Assembly: GCA_043228905.1 (NCBI GenBank)
Contig: JBHGNT010000001.1
Location: forward strand, 24,180,001-24,244,000
Length of the DNA stretch: 64,000 bases
Source: Azolla caroliniana
Taxonomy: Eukaryota; Plantae; Polypodiophyta
Direction: 5' to 3'
Part shown: one piece after another, positions 12,811-24,122 of the stretch
Numbering within the stretch: position 1 is the first letter of the stretch
How the letters are laid out: each line of letters starts with the position of its first letter
Notes under the pieces: generated by a model
Seen by the model: only the letters and a program-made list of their open reading frames with translations
Told to the model about the DNA's origin: nothing
Database searches by the model: none
Program-made: the position numbers and the translations under genes

Positions 12811-13910
12811 AGATCATGTATGGTTATTACGACGGCACATAAAAACTACCCGAACATATGACTGGATTATCAACAGTTAGGGCCTTTCCGTATTAACGAA
12901 AAAATTAATGATGTCACTTTTCACCTGGAGCTACCTGCACAACTATGGATACATCCAATATTTCATAGTTCTCTTCTAGAACCCTCTTAGGACAACACTA
13001 TTCCCAATCATATTACACCACCTCCACTCCCGATCAAACTTCAAGATGGACATGAGTACGAGGTTGCTACCATCCTCCATTCCAACATTGTTCGTAACAA
13101 GCTCTACTATTTGGTCTATTGGCTAGGATATAATCCAAGCGAACGTACTTGGGAACCAATAGAGAATGTGGCAAATGCTCAAGCTCTTCTTGAGGACTTC
13201 CATCGTTAGTATCCAGAAAAACCTTGTCCTCAATCAAAGATGACTTGCAGCACTCGTCGTTTAAAGGGGGGGGATAATGTCATGATATGGCTCCAAAAGG
13301 ATTTGAACCCATGACCTTGTGTTACATAGGTTGAAGTCATACCACGTACTTGGGAACCAGTAGAGAATGTGGCAAATGCTCAAGCTCTTCTTGAGGACTT
13401 CCATCGCTAGTATTCAGAAAAACCTTGTCCTCAATCAAAGATGACTCGTAGCACTAGTTGTTTAAAGGGGGGGGATAATGTCATGATATGGCTCCAAAAG
13501 GATTTGAACCAACGACCTTGTGTTATATAGGTTGAAGCCATACCATTAAGCTATGTATTATTCTACAAAAAATGGTATTTTCATTTGTTATTTCACTATA
13601 GGAAATCCATGTATATTCTAGAATACTCTAGAACAATCTAGAAACTTGAAGAGTACTCTTGACAATACTATAAATAGAGGCACATGACATTATTTAGAAC
13701 CAATTCGGTTCAACATGAGTCTTAAGCCTCGTAGTTGTTCTTGTATTCTTCTTCATATAATAATATCCTTCTTGTTGTCATCATTCTCTCTCTCTCTCTC
13801 TCTTCCCCTCTCGTGATTCTAACACACTCTTTCCCTTCTTAGTACTAATCATCATTCTTCTCCTCTATCTTTAGTCCTAACTCTCCCTGTCTCTAGTACT
13901 ATCCCAGACA
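12811..13910 (+). mobile_element. 3' end of a chromovirus Gypsy (INT C-terminus, chromodomain, PPT, 3' LTR 13479-13910)
   Basis: [42 protein letters not shown]; PPT AAAGGGGGGGGATAA followed by TGTCATGA; same family as 39298-40830. Confidence 0.88.
13143..13544 (+). repeat. 201-bp tandem duplication covering the chromodomain end, PPT and LTR start
   Basis: ACGTACTTGGGAACCA at 13143 and 13344; two PPT + TGTCATGA junctions (13278 and 13479). Confidence 0.92.
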
Positions 13911-14804
13911 TCTCCTCGACTCCTATGATCGGTTTCTCCACTCATAAGGCTCTTCTCAACTCCCTTGCTATTGCGACATCGACCCCCCTAGACCTACCGA
14001 ACCCTTCATTTCCGTGTCAACTTTGGCTACCTTCTTGTCTACTTGGCCTTCATGAACTTTGGCTCATCTGAATCAATCCACTCGACCAAATCTATTGTCT
14101 CTGATTCGTTCCCGCTCTCGTCCTAATTGATTGTCTCCAATTCTTCCTCCTTCTTTATGCCTTTGACCACATCTGACCATTTCTTGATCCTAACCTTTTT
14201 CTTCCGATCAGCTCTGTCCTTCTTGATTCTGTCACCTTTGCTGCCTATTCTGGCTTTTCCGGATGTTTCGACTTCTTCAGTTGAATCAACATCTTCTTTG
14301 GCTCTCCTCTTGCCTTCGACTAGCTCTTTTTTGGGTTCGTTGGCAGCTCTCCCCTCAAGTGCAGCACGTCGAGGTGTTGGATACCAAGCATATCCTTGAA
14401 GTGCTATAATTTGTCCGTCCCAAGCGTCTTGGTGAAGATGTTCAGCCACCTGTTGATCGGTTCAAACATACCTAAGTTCGACTTCACAACTCAGAACCCC
14501 CTCACCCACAAAGTGGAAAACAAGGTTCTTGGCCAGCTGCATACATACTAATGTTGTTACAGTAGATCGGGATCGAAGTGGGAACTTCAACCCATAAGTC
14601 TTGCAACAACCATTGAAGCCATATAGCCTCACAAGTTGCGATGGTGGCAACTCTATACTCGGCTTTGGTGCTCAATAAGGCCATTGTTGGTTGCTTCATG
14701 CTAGTCCAAGCTACAGCCGCACTCTTGAGAGAGAACATGAAACCTGATGTCGACCATCGATCCGACACATCTCCGGCCCAGTCGACATTCGTATAGTCGA
14801 CTAG

Positions 14805-17800
14805 TGTTGGCCTAAGAGAGTATAATTCGGAGGCGGAGGTGTGAATCGGGAAGAGGTAAGGGCGAATAGATAATAGGAATATAGATATTTATTATGGAAA
14901 GGAAGGATCCTAATAGTTGTACAGATCTAGATACAGACCGATTAGTGGCCGGTAGCCGATCGGCGCCGTTTTGTAACTCTTACCAGATGCCTATAAAAGG
15001 ATCCGGATTGATATATAATAAATGGAAGTAATACAAGTGTTAAGCGTTGTTGTTAATCTTATTGTTGATCTTGTGTACTTGCCATTTGTGCCATCATTCA
15101 TAATCTTACGCATGTTATTAAGAAGTGGGTAAGTGATAAGTGTACGGAAAGGCAATTCGGAAAGTAACTAGATAGTGTTAAGTGAATAAGATCTGAATCA
15201 TCATCCATATCTTTGACCACCCCTTCAGAGACGTGTTCCGGAAGGACACCCCGTGTTTGTGGCTAGACTGGTCGAGGATAAACACAGTTTAGGCAACCAC
15301 GATTTCTACATAGAGCCGTGAACAACGGGGGATGGATGTCTAGATAGATGAACGACCTGGTGATCGAACAAGCGAAAAGACTAGTCGAGCGGTTGTGGAG
15401 GCGGGAGGCTTACTAACATGCGGCAGAAGAGATTCGACTGGATCAGTCTTTTCCTAGAGAGAATCAGCGGGTCATGGAGGAAACAGTTTGAATTCAAAAT
15501 CAATGACACTTAGACAAAGGAAGTAGCCTTGCTCGACGCCGAATCGATATTGCAGGCTTTAGCAACAGGTGGCGGAGATTCGGAAGCCTTTTTGGCAATC
15601 GAGTCAGAATCGAACAATGACGAATGGAGCGTCCACTCAAATTATAGCTCCAGTCACAATACTCCGGACATGTCAGAGGAACATGGGTCCGAGCACACAA
15701 TAACACCGGAGTCGGAAACTCCATTACCAACAACTCTGGCAATACAAGGGATTGTGGTTCCAACACCACCGGCAGACGAAGTTCATCTAGTGTGGCCAGA
15801 AGAAGTAATTCTAGAACAACAACCAAATGAAGACAATAATCGAGTGCCGACACCACCGGTCCAAGAAACCATACCAGCATTTGAACGTGCCGAAGACGAA
15901 GAAAACATGACGTACCCATACCCCAAGTACCATGACGAACCTGACAAGGACGTACACGTCTATGCCTTTTTATAGACATGGGAGGCCAACCATGTCTCAA
16001 AGGGGCTAACAGAAGCAGAAGCCAAACGACTGGTGGTGTGTTTGCATTCTAAACATCTTCTGGGGAGCTTCGCTACATTTCAGGGCCTGCGGGAGAAGTT
16101 CCTATGGTTGTTTCATCGGCAGGTGGCACAGAGAGAGCTAGTTGGTTGGTTCTATACTACATGCCAAGAAGCAAATGAAACTGTCCTACAATTTATAATC
16201 CGATCTCACTGTGGAGTAGTCAGAGGGCATTACGTCGGAGAAGCGATGGCGAGAAAAATATGGCGGAGCGGCTTGTGGTGGCCGACCACCCTAAAAGACT
16301 TGGTGCAGTACCGCAAGGAGTGTGATTTATACCAGCAAATGGGGCAGCCAACGGAATATGTACACATGCCACACCAGTTGGTACTCTCGTTACAACCGTT
16401 ACAGAAGTGGGAACTGGACTTTGTTGGCCCATTTAAGCCGGAATTAATGCGAACTAGAAACCAATACATTATAGTAGCGACGGATTATTGCACAAAGTGG
16501 TTACATGCAAAGGCGCTCTGGGACAACACCACGACATCCAAGGCAAAATTTCTGTATGAGTATATATAGTGCCAGTTTGGGTGTTTGATCGAGCTAATAA
16601 GCGACCAAGGAGGACACTTTATAGGACAAGTGTTGGAGAATTTGATGAAATTTTATGTAGTAATTCACAAGAAGAGCACGTCGTATTACCCCCACATGAA
16701 TGGACTGGCGAAGTCGACAAATAAGACGCTTCAAAACATATTGTGAGAAATTGTAAACGAGAACCAGATGGATTGGGGCACGAAACTACAAAGCGCTCTG
16801 TGGGCTTATCAGACAACCTATAACATGACCATTCAGTCAACACCATTCCAGTTAGCCTTCGGCCTTGAAGCGGTCATGCCAATGGAGTTCCAAATTCCCA
16901 GTCTGTAAATACAAGTATGTGAACGGTTAAGCGAGCAGGGGTCGGAACGGGTCCGGTTGGAAACACTGTGCGACCTGGAGGAGCACCGAATCCTAAGATT
17001 GATGCAATGAGAGTTAGAGCAGCCTTGGCGGAAGGTGTTCGTCGACCGGCACCGGCGAGGCAATGAAAAGGAATTTGGAATTGGCAAACCGGTGTTTGTG
17101 TTTTAGACACAGATAGGGAGCATGTCGGGGAAGCTCCGGTTTCACTAGACAGGACTTTACTGGATCACGAAGGAATTTAAGGGGTCGTATCAGCTAGGAA
17201 CATTAGCCGAGGAGCTACCGAAAAAAAGGGTCAATGGTTTCCAACTCAAACCATACAAGGGACCAATGCAAGCAAACCCATTCAAAGCACCGGCGCAAAA
17301 TGAAGAACAACTGGCTACCGGGGAAGTGGACACGGGAGGACAATAGAAGGATACCGGAGAGCCGGCAAGACCGGACGGGGTCGGAGGAATCACCAACACC
17401 CAATGAGAAAGGATATCGAACGTCGTACTTCCAACGTACAACAAAGAGGAAAACAGAAAAGAAAAAAAATAAATTTCAAACGGGAATGATGAAGAGCTGA
17501 GTGCAGCGAAGTGACGTCAAGCAAGCATTTAAGAAACACCACGTGTTATCATCATACTATAATTACCCATGACGTGTAAGTGCGACAACCAAAATAGGCG
17601 GCGATGTGTGTATTGAAGACTCAGAGAAATGGGGATACAAAATTACCGAAAACAAGAAGGAGTCTCATATCGAGACAAGAAGCTTTCAGGACTATAGGGT
17701 GCGTAGACGACATAGAATACCAAAAAAAACACAAGCTAGAAACCAAAGATACTAAACCAATGGCCCTCCCTGCAGAAGCGAAAGATTGGTTCCAAAAGAA

Positions 17801-20648
17801 GCGGCTCAAAGGATTTATCGGGGTAGCAGAGGCACAACCACATAAAGAACCGGAAAAGGTCGCAACAACCATCAACATGGATGGTATATTAGAAGCAATG
17901 GTGCAAGCGGCCATTGAAATTCCGTCCGGCATCCTGCAATCACTCAAAAACCCCGCCACAGAGATCCTAACGAACTACTTCGGGGAATTTTTTATCGCAA
18001 GCAAAGCATACCGGCTGCAGGGAGGAGAGAATCCTTTTTTTTACGGGAAATAGCCAGAGTTCTGCTGCCGTGAATCCCCGACTACTCGCCATGCCGAAGA
18101 ACAGGGCTAGATTCATCCTCACAACCTTCGAAGGCTTGAAGTTGGATTGGCCCTTCATCGTCGTAAACGCACTCTGGACGGTGATCTCAACGGTGGCAGA
18201 AGGAAAGAAGGCATGGACCAAAGTCGCGTAGTGCCTAACGGTTCTGGTGCCACCGACACACCGACACACGCCATTAAACCAAAAAAGAGGGCACAGGCAG
18301 AGACAATGCCTCAACAATTGTCGAAACGGCAACAGCTACTAGTGAAGCAGAACCAATTCCAGAGCCTAACAGAGAGGAACCTGCAAGGCCGACAAAGCCC
18401 ATTCAGATCAAGCTACGAAGACAGGATAGGGAGCAAGAGCAGCACGAACCGGTGACGAGGGCACACTAAGAGACCGCGAAAGACGAGGATTTGGAAGAAG
18501 AAGAAGAACAGCTTCATATGCCTCCTAGAACATGTCACAAGGAGCAACAGGGAATTAGATTAGGTTCGGAGAAGGACACTACACCGATCGCCCGCTCAGC
18601 GTGGTGGGGCCAAGACTAGGAGAAAATGCAAGGGAGAGACCCAAAACGGTTGAGAGGGTACCACCGGAACTAGAGATAGAAAAAGTAGTACAACCGGGTC
18701 TGTCACAACAGTAGCAGAATGAGGCAGAAAGGCCGGAACTGGAACTCGGGATGGAAGAACCAGTTAGGCAGAGCTTAGGGGCACAGCGGGGAGAAATGCC
18801 GGAAGAAGAGTGGGCAAGGGCCAAGGAATTAGCAGCCATTATGGCTAATATGGGCCAGGGAACCAGCACAGAGACGGAGCCGGTGGAACGTGAAAGAAGA
18901 CAGGGCGAAGCTCTAGTCAAAGAGACAAAACAGGTGGCACCGGAGAAAGAGCACGAATGGACAAAAGAGATTTAAGCGTTCAAGGAGGAACTGGTCGCAC
19001 AAGCGGCACTGAAAGAAAGGCAAAAACAACTACGAAAGACAGTTGAGGAAGAGAAGCGGAAGGTGGAGGAAGGACTCCATCGAGTACAGAGTAATATGGA
19101 CCGACTGAAGGAAGAAAAGTAAATGTTGTTGTAGGAGAAAGACAAACTCCGGACAATGGTGGAGATAGAGATTTAGTGGCTCAAAGAAGAACTCCCACAA
19201 CAATAGGACTCAGACAATTGGCTGAGATCACAAGTCAACCGGTGTCTTAAGCAAAAATTAGAGGATTTTGACAATCTGTACCGGGACTACAAGAAGTTGG
19301 AAATGGAGTATGACCGGCAATAGGACAAGTTGAAGGAGGCCCGGGCAAAACTCAAAGAGAAGACAGAGGCTCTAACGGCTCAAAAGAAATTGTTGGAAGA
19401 AAGAACGACATAGTTGTTGACCGACGCGGCGAAAGAGCGGTTGGAAATGCTTGACACATAGAATCAAATAATAGAACGATCATGGACTGTATTGGAGTAA
19501 GTGCAAACAACATACCAAACCCGGATCCAGAATTATGAAGTGCAAGCAGCAACAACAACAATGTTAATCAAGCAATTGAAGAAGGAGAAAGAGGTTACGG
19601 AGGACAAGGTCAAGATGGGCATCAACCGCATCCGGATGATTGTTAGTGCTTGGAAGGACCGAATGAAAATAAAAATAGACGATTACTCTGAGCGGGTATG
19701 GAATCAATGGTCGAATCAAGCGGTGGTGCTCAAACTTCTATAAGATCGACAAAGAAAGCATAGTCACCATCCAAGAAGAATTGTTGGATGACTTTTATGC
19801 CCTGACCGAATCACAAATAGACATCGTTCAGAACCTCCTTGACGGATTTGAAGATGACCAACTATAGGTGCCATTGCAGCTAGAAGGGAGCGGAGAAAAA
19901 AGCAAAACAGATAAACCTCAACCATGAAGAGAGACAATCGGAATTGGGGACTTACACATAGTAGCTGCTAGATAAGTTGTCGGAGACAGAGCCAGAGAGA
20001 CCAGAGAAGCAATCAAAGCAGTCGGAGAAGGCGATGGAGAAGCCGCAGGTGGAAATAGAAGAAGAGCCACTCGACCCTCTGGACCAAAGCATCGTGGACA
20101 TACTTGATGAAAAATCAAGGAGTTTACCATGGGTTCGATGTGCAAGGCACTGTCCCACGGGTGTGCCATGTGTTGGCCTATAAGAGCATGATCCGAAGAC
20201 GGAGGAGTGAACCGGGAAGAGTTAAGGGTGGATAGATAATAGGAATATAGATATTTATTATGGAAAGGACGGATCCAGATAGTTGTACCGATCCGTATCT
20301 GCACCTATTAGTAGGCGGTAGACACCGTTTTGTACAACTCTTATTGGATGCCTATAAAAGGATCCGGATTGATGTATAATTAACGGAAGTAATAAAAGTG
20401 TTAAGCGTTGTTGTTTTTAATCTTATTGTTGATCTTTTGTACTTGTTGTCTGTGCCATCATTCATAATCTTATGCATGTAATTAAGGAGTGGGTAAGTCA
20501 TAAGTGTTGCATAAGGCAATCCAGGAAGTAACCGGATAGTGTTAAGTGAATAAAATCTTAATCATCATACATATCTCTAACCACCCCTTTGGAGATGTGT
20601 TTCGGAAGGACACCTTGTGTTTGTGGCTAGTCCAGCCCAGGATAAATA
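14805..20648 (+). mobile_element. Ty3/Gypsy element B, internally deleted (gag joined to INT; no PR, RT or RH), with extra 3' ORF
   Basis: LTRs 14805-15284 and 20171-20648; perfect TSD ACTAG (14800-14804 / 20649-20653); gag YPYPKY; junction LQFIIR|SHCG..GHY at ~16203. Confidence 0.92.
17760..19950 (+). pseudogene. Extra 3' ORF of element B, disrupted
   Basis: MALPAEAKDWFQKKRLKGFI..YFGEF..QGGENPFF aligns with element A's ORF; long E/K-rich coiled-coil-like tail. Confidence 0.7.
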
Positions 20649-22230
20649 ACTAGTTGTTCAGCTATACTGTGCCGATACAACAGTCCTCGATCCTTCATGT
20701 TGCTCACATATCTCAATATCCAATGCGCGCACTGAAGATGTTTGATTGTTGGTCGCTGCATGAACTAACTTATCGCGCCAAACGGATAGCTAAGGTTGGG
20801 TTGGGTGATAGTTAGATATATTAGGCTTCTAACAATTTATCAAAACCGTTGTGTTTGTTGTATCCATACCAAATCTGTGGGTTCTTGTGGCAAGTTGAGC
20901 ATAGCTTCTCATTCACCGATTTCAGGGCCCTCTTGGCCGCATCCGACCTCAACTCTTGAGGTCCGTTGTCACTCCCCTTGGTGTCAGATTCCTCCCAATC
21001 CGATGCACCTTTGTCGGTCCCGTACTCTGGCATCTTCATCTTCCCTTTGTCTTTGCGCGTGAACCGTCTCCTCAGTTCCTTGCACGGGAACAGCACGACC
21101 GAGTCTTCACTGCTCACCCGCTCTTCATTCAACTAGTCATTCCGACTCAGCTCTTCATTCGGGCCACTTAGCCGGAATGAAATCGGACTCTCTCAAAGTG
21201 TTGAAATCTTCTTCCTGAATCATCTCAAGCTCACTAGTCGCATCCTCAGTAATTGGAATGGAGTTGGGGGTCAGAAGGGAATACTAGGATGTCGACTCGT
21301 CGAACACAACGTCTCGGCTTACTCATACTTGTTTGGTCCAGGGGTTGGAGCACTTATACCCCTTTTGTTCATGTGAATAGCCGACCAAGCTACACTTCTC
21401 CAACTTGGCATCCGGTTTCTTCCGCACCTCATTTGACACATGCACATAGGCAATGCTACCGAATATCATTAGGTGTTTCAAGTTCGGTTTTCGTCTGAAA
21501 TACAACTCATGAGCTGATACTTTCTCTCCGGTTATCGAAATCCAATTCTGGATATATACAACTATTCGAATGGCTTCGACCCAATAAAATTGTGGCATGC
21601 TCTGTTCCTCGAGTATTGCCCTTGCTGCTTCCACAACCGATCGGTTCTTCCTTTCGGCTACGCCATTCTGCTCTAGCTTATATTTGCAGCTGAATTCGCG
21701 TCGAATTCCCATGTTCTGAAGAAAACTGTTGAATTGGCCGGAAAAGTCTTCCTTTCCAACATCCGACTATAGGCACTTGATCTTTCTTTCTGTTTCCCTC
21801 TCCACTAAAATTTTTAGGTTCCAGAAACAATCGAAGACTTCGCTCTTCTTTTCGATGAGGTAGATCCTAGTGGGTTGGCTATAGTCGTCAATGAAGGAGA
21901 CAAAGTATCGACTCTCGCCTAAGCTCACATTCAGTGTCGGTCCCCATACATCCCGATGTATCAATTCAAGCTTGTTCCGGTTCCAATTTCACTCGTTTGG
22001 GAATGGAAATTGGTGTTGCTTCCTTACATGGCAGGATTCACAAACTTGGGCGTTCCAGCCACTAAACTTCAACAAACCGAAAATGACTTGTTTTTTTGCA
22101 ACTCTTCAACCCTTTGATAGTTGACGTGGTCGACCTTCTTATGCCACAAGTCGATATCCAATTTGACTTTTTGACCTTTATCAAATAGTGTGGTGTCGAT
22201 GTCGTTTGTATCAAGGATGAACATCCTCCC

Positions 22231-23035
22231 TAATGGAAATTTGGTCCCTTCGGCTGAGAACCGGATGAGTTGGATTGGACGAGACGAAGGAACCGGACCG
22301 GATGGATCCGGAATGAGTCCGACAGGATCCGGTATGAACCAACGAATAAGAATATATTAGTAAATATGTTTTGTTGTAACGATCTGTTGGTGAAGGTATA
22401 GCTCGAGGTTGTTGCCTGTGAGTCTCATACCATTGTACCCTCCCTTTCTCATAGTGATAGTTGGAGTCTATGGGCTCCTATTCTTTTTTCCCAATTAGGG
22501 TTTTTCACGTTAACATTTGGTGTCGTTTTTTCTATCTTGTTAAGTGCATTGCTACTTTTTGTTTATTTCTTCCATCGTGTGTTTGAGACTCGGTTGTGGC
22601 CAAGCACTATTCCTTTCAATCTGGTATCAAAGTATGGAAGATCCATTCGGCAGCATGTTCAAGCTCATCGGCTCCAACTCTAGTGTGGAAGTCAAAGATG
22701 AGGGACATGTTGGTGGTTAAATATCTCTGGCTGCCGGTACAGTTCAGAGACAAAAGATCGGACAAGATTGATGTCACGACTTGGGAGGTGATGCATATGA
22801 AGACGAAGGCTTACATTTGATGCTTCATCGACATGAGCATGTACAACAACTTCAATGAAGAAATTAAGGCTCATGTGCTCTGAGAGAAAATCAGTACCAT
22901 GCTGGAAAGTTAGAATGTTGTGAATCGGGTCTAAGTATTATGGAAGTTAGTGAGACTCTGGTACCAAGATGGCTCTAGTATGGGGGAGAACTGAATGCCA
23001 TCCAGGGGCTCATAAATCAAACAACCTCGTTGGAG
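22231..23035 (+). mobile_element. Truncated Copia 5' fragment (LTR ~22231-22618, PBS, gag start)
   Basis: ...CTTTCA then TGGTATCAAAG (tRNA-iMet PBS) at 22622; degenerate gag (LVRL.YQDGSS). Confidence 0.7.
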
Positions 23036-23632
23036 TAAAAGAGAATGTGTAAAAGAGATGAGGAGTATGTTGACATTAAAGGCTTGGACATGACTACACA
23101 AAACCCCATGTTCCATTATGCGTGTGCTTGAATTCAAAACTTTGGGGATTCCCATATTTCCTCCCTATAAATAAATGATATGTATCTTCCCCATTAAATA
23201 TTAGCTAAAACAATAGCTAATTAGCTTTGGCCATTTAACTACATGTTAGCTATAATAGTGTTTCTATTCCCATGTTTCGACCCAAATTCTTATAAGTGTA
23301 AGCCTTTTCATATTATGTTAAAACTAGCATCATTTGAGAATCCAAGGCCCATCCACAAACCCAAATAGTGCGGCAAAAAATGCTTGTGTTCATGATCAAA
23401 CTAGAACCCTAGCTTACACCAAGTGCAACATGTTCTCCATGGAGATTTAACATTTCTAAGTCTTTTTAGTCATTGTTATGATCATTCTCTATCTCTCTAT
23501 TATGTTTTTTGCAAGTTTCAACTAATGATCAGAGTAGCACAGTGGAACAGAGTGGCATAGTGGAACCGTGGTGGGCCCATAACCTATAGATCCCAGGATC
23601 CATACATTGCTATGATATCATCTCGTTTACGA

Positions 23633-23717
23633 TGTTGGAGACAAAGTCGTCTTTGTGGAAGATCAAGAAGCATTCGATTTCTGCTGAGTACCTGCGTATG
23701 ACAGTTTGGAGGTCGTT

Positions 23718-23760
<43 letters not shown>

Positions 23761-23929
23761 AAAAATAATTCTTATTCCATATATCAATAATACAACACCC
23801 AACCTTACAAAAAGGTTACAAGGTCAATATATATAGTGACCGACTTAGGGCAACTACCCTTTATGCTAATTACATAAATGGCCAAAACGGGATAGTGTGA
23901 ATACGTCCATTATACACATGTATTCGACA
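23633..23929 (-). repeat. 3' LTR of the intact Copia
   Basis: TG...CA, 297 bp, contains (GA)18. Confidence 0.97.
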
Positions 23930-24122
23930 CTCCCCCGTAATGGGCGTATACATGGGTTATCTAAGATTACAGGTATAGACTTAGGTTCTCGGGCATATCA
24001 GCTTTGTTCGAGTCGGCAGGGTCCGAAAGCAGAAGACCGAACTGGTCGGGTCGGAACAGTTGAAGCCGATCATTAAGGAACTGATGTCGGTTGTCGGGAA
24101 CCATTCTGCTCTGTGTCCGGCT

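Larger units (their letters stand above)
13911..22230 (-). mobile_element. Degenerate Ty1/Copia remnant with RT largely deleted, interrupted by element B
   Basis: INT 21250-21960 (DVWGP, QNGVAERKNR); RH split at 14804/20654 (DWAGD..STSGFMFSL..STKAEY); colinear with the Copia at 40836-47798; jumps from the post-INT linker to the RT end at ~20857. Confidence 0.85.

Noticed and set aside
20129-20170. Self-cleaving ribozyme at the pre-LTR motif
   Set aside because: No hammerhead CUGANGA/GAAA core or HDV-type double pseudoknot could be assembled; the tRNA-Arg match explains the sequence better.
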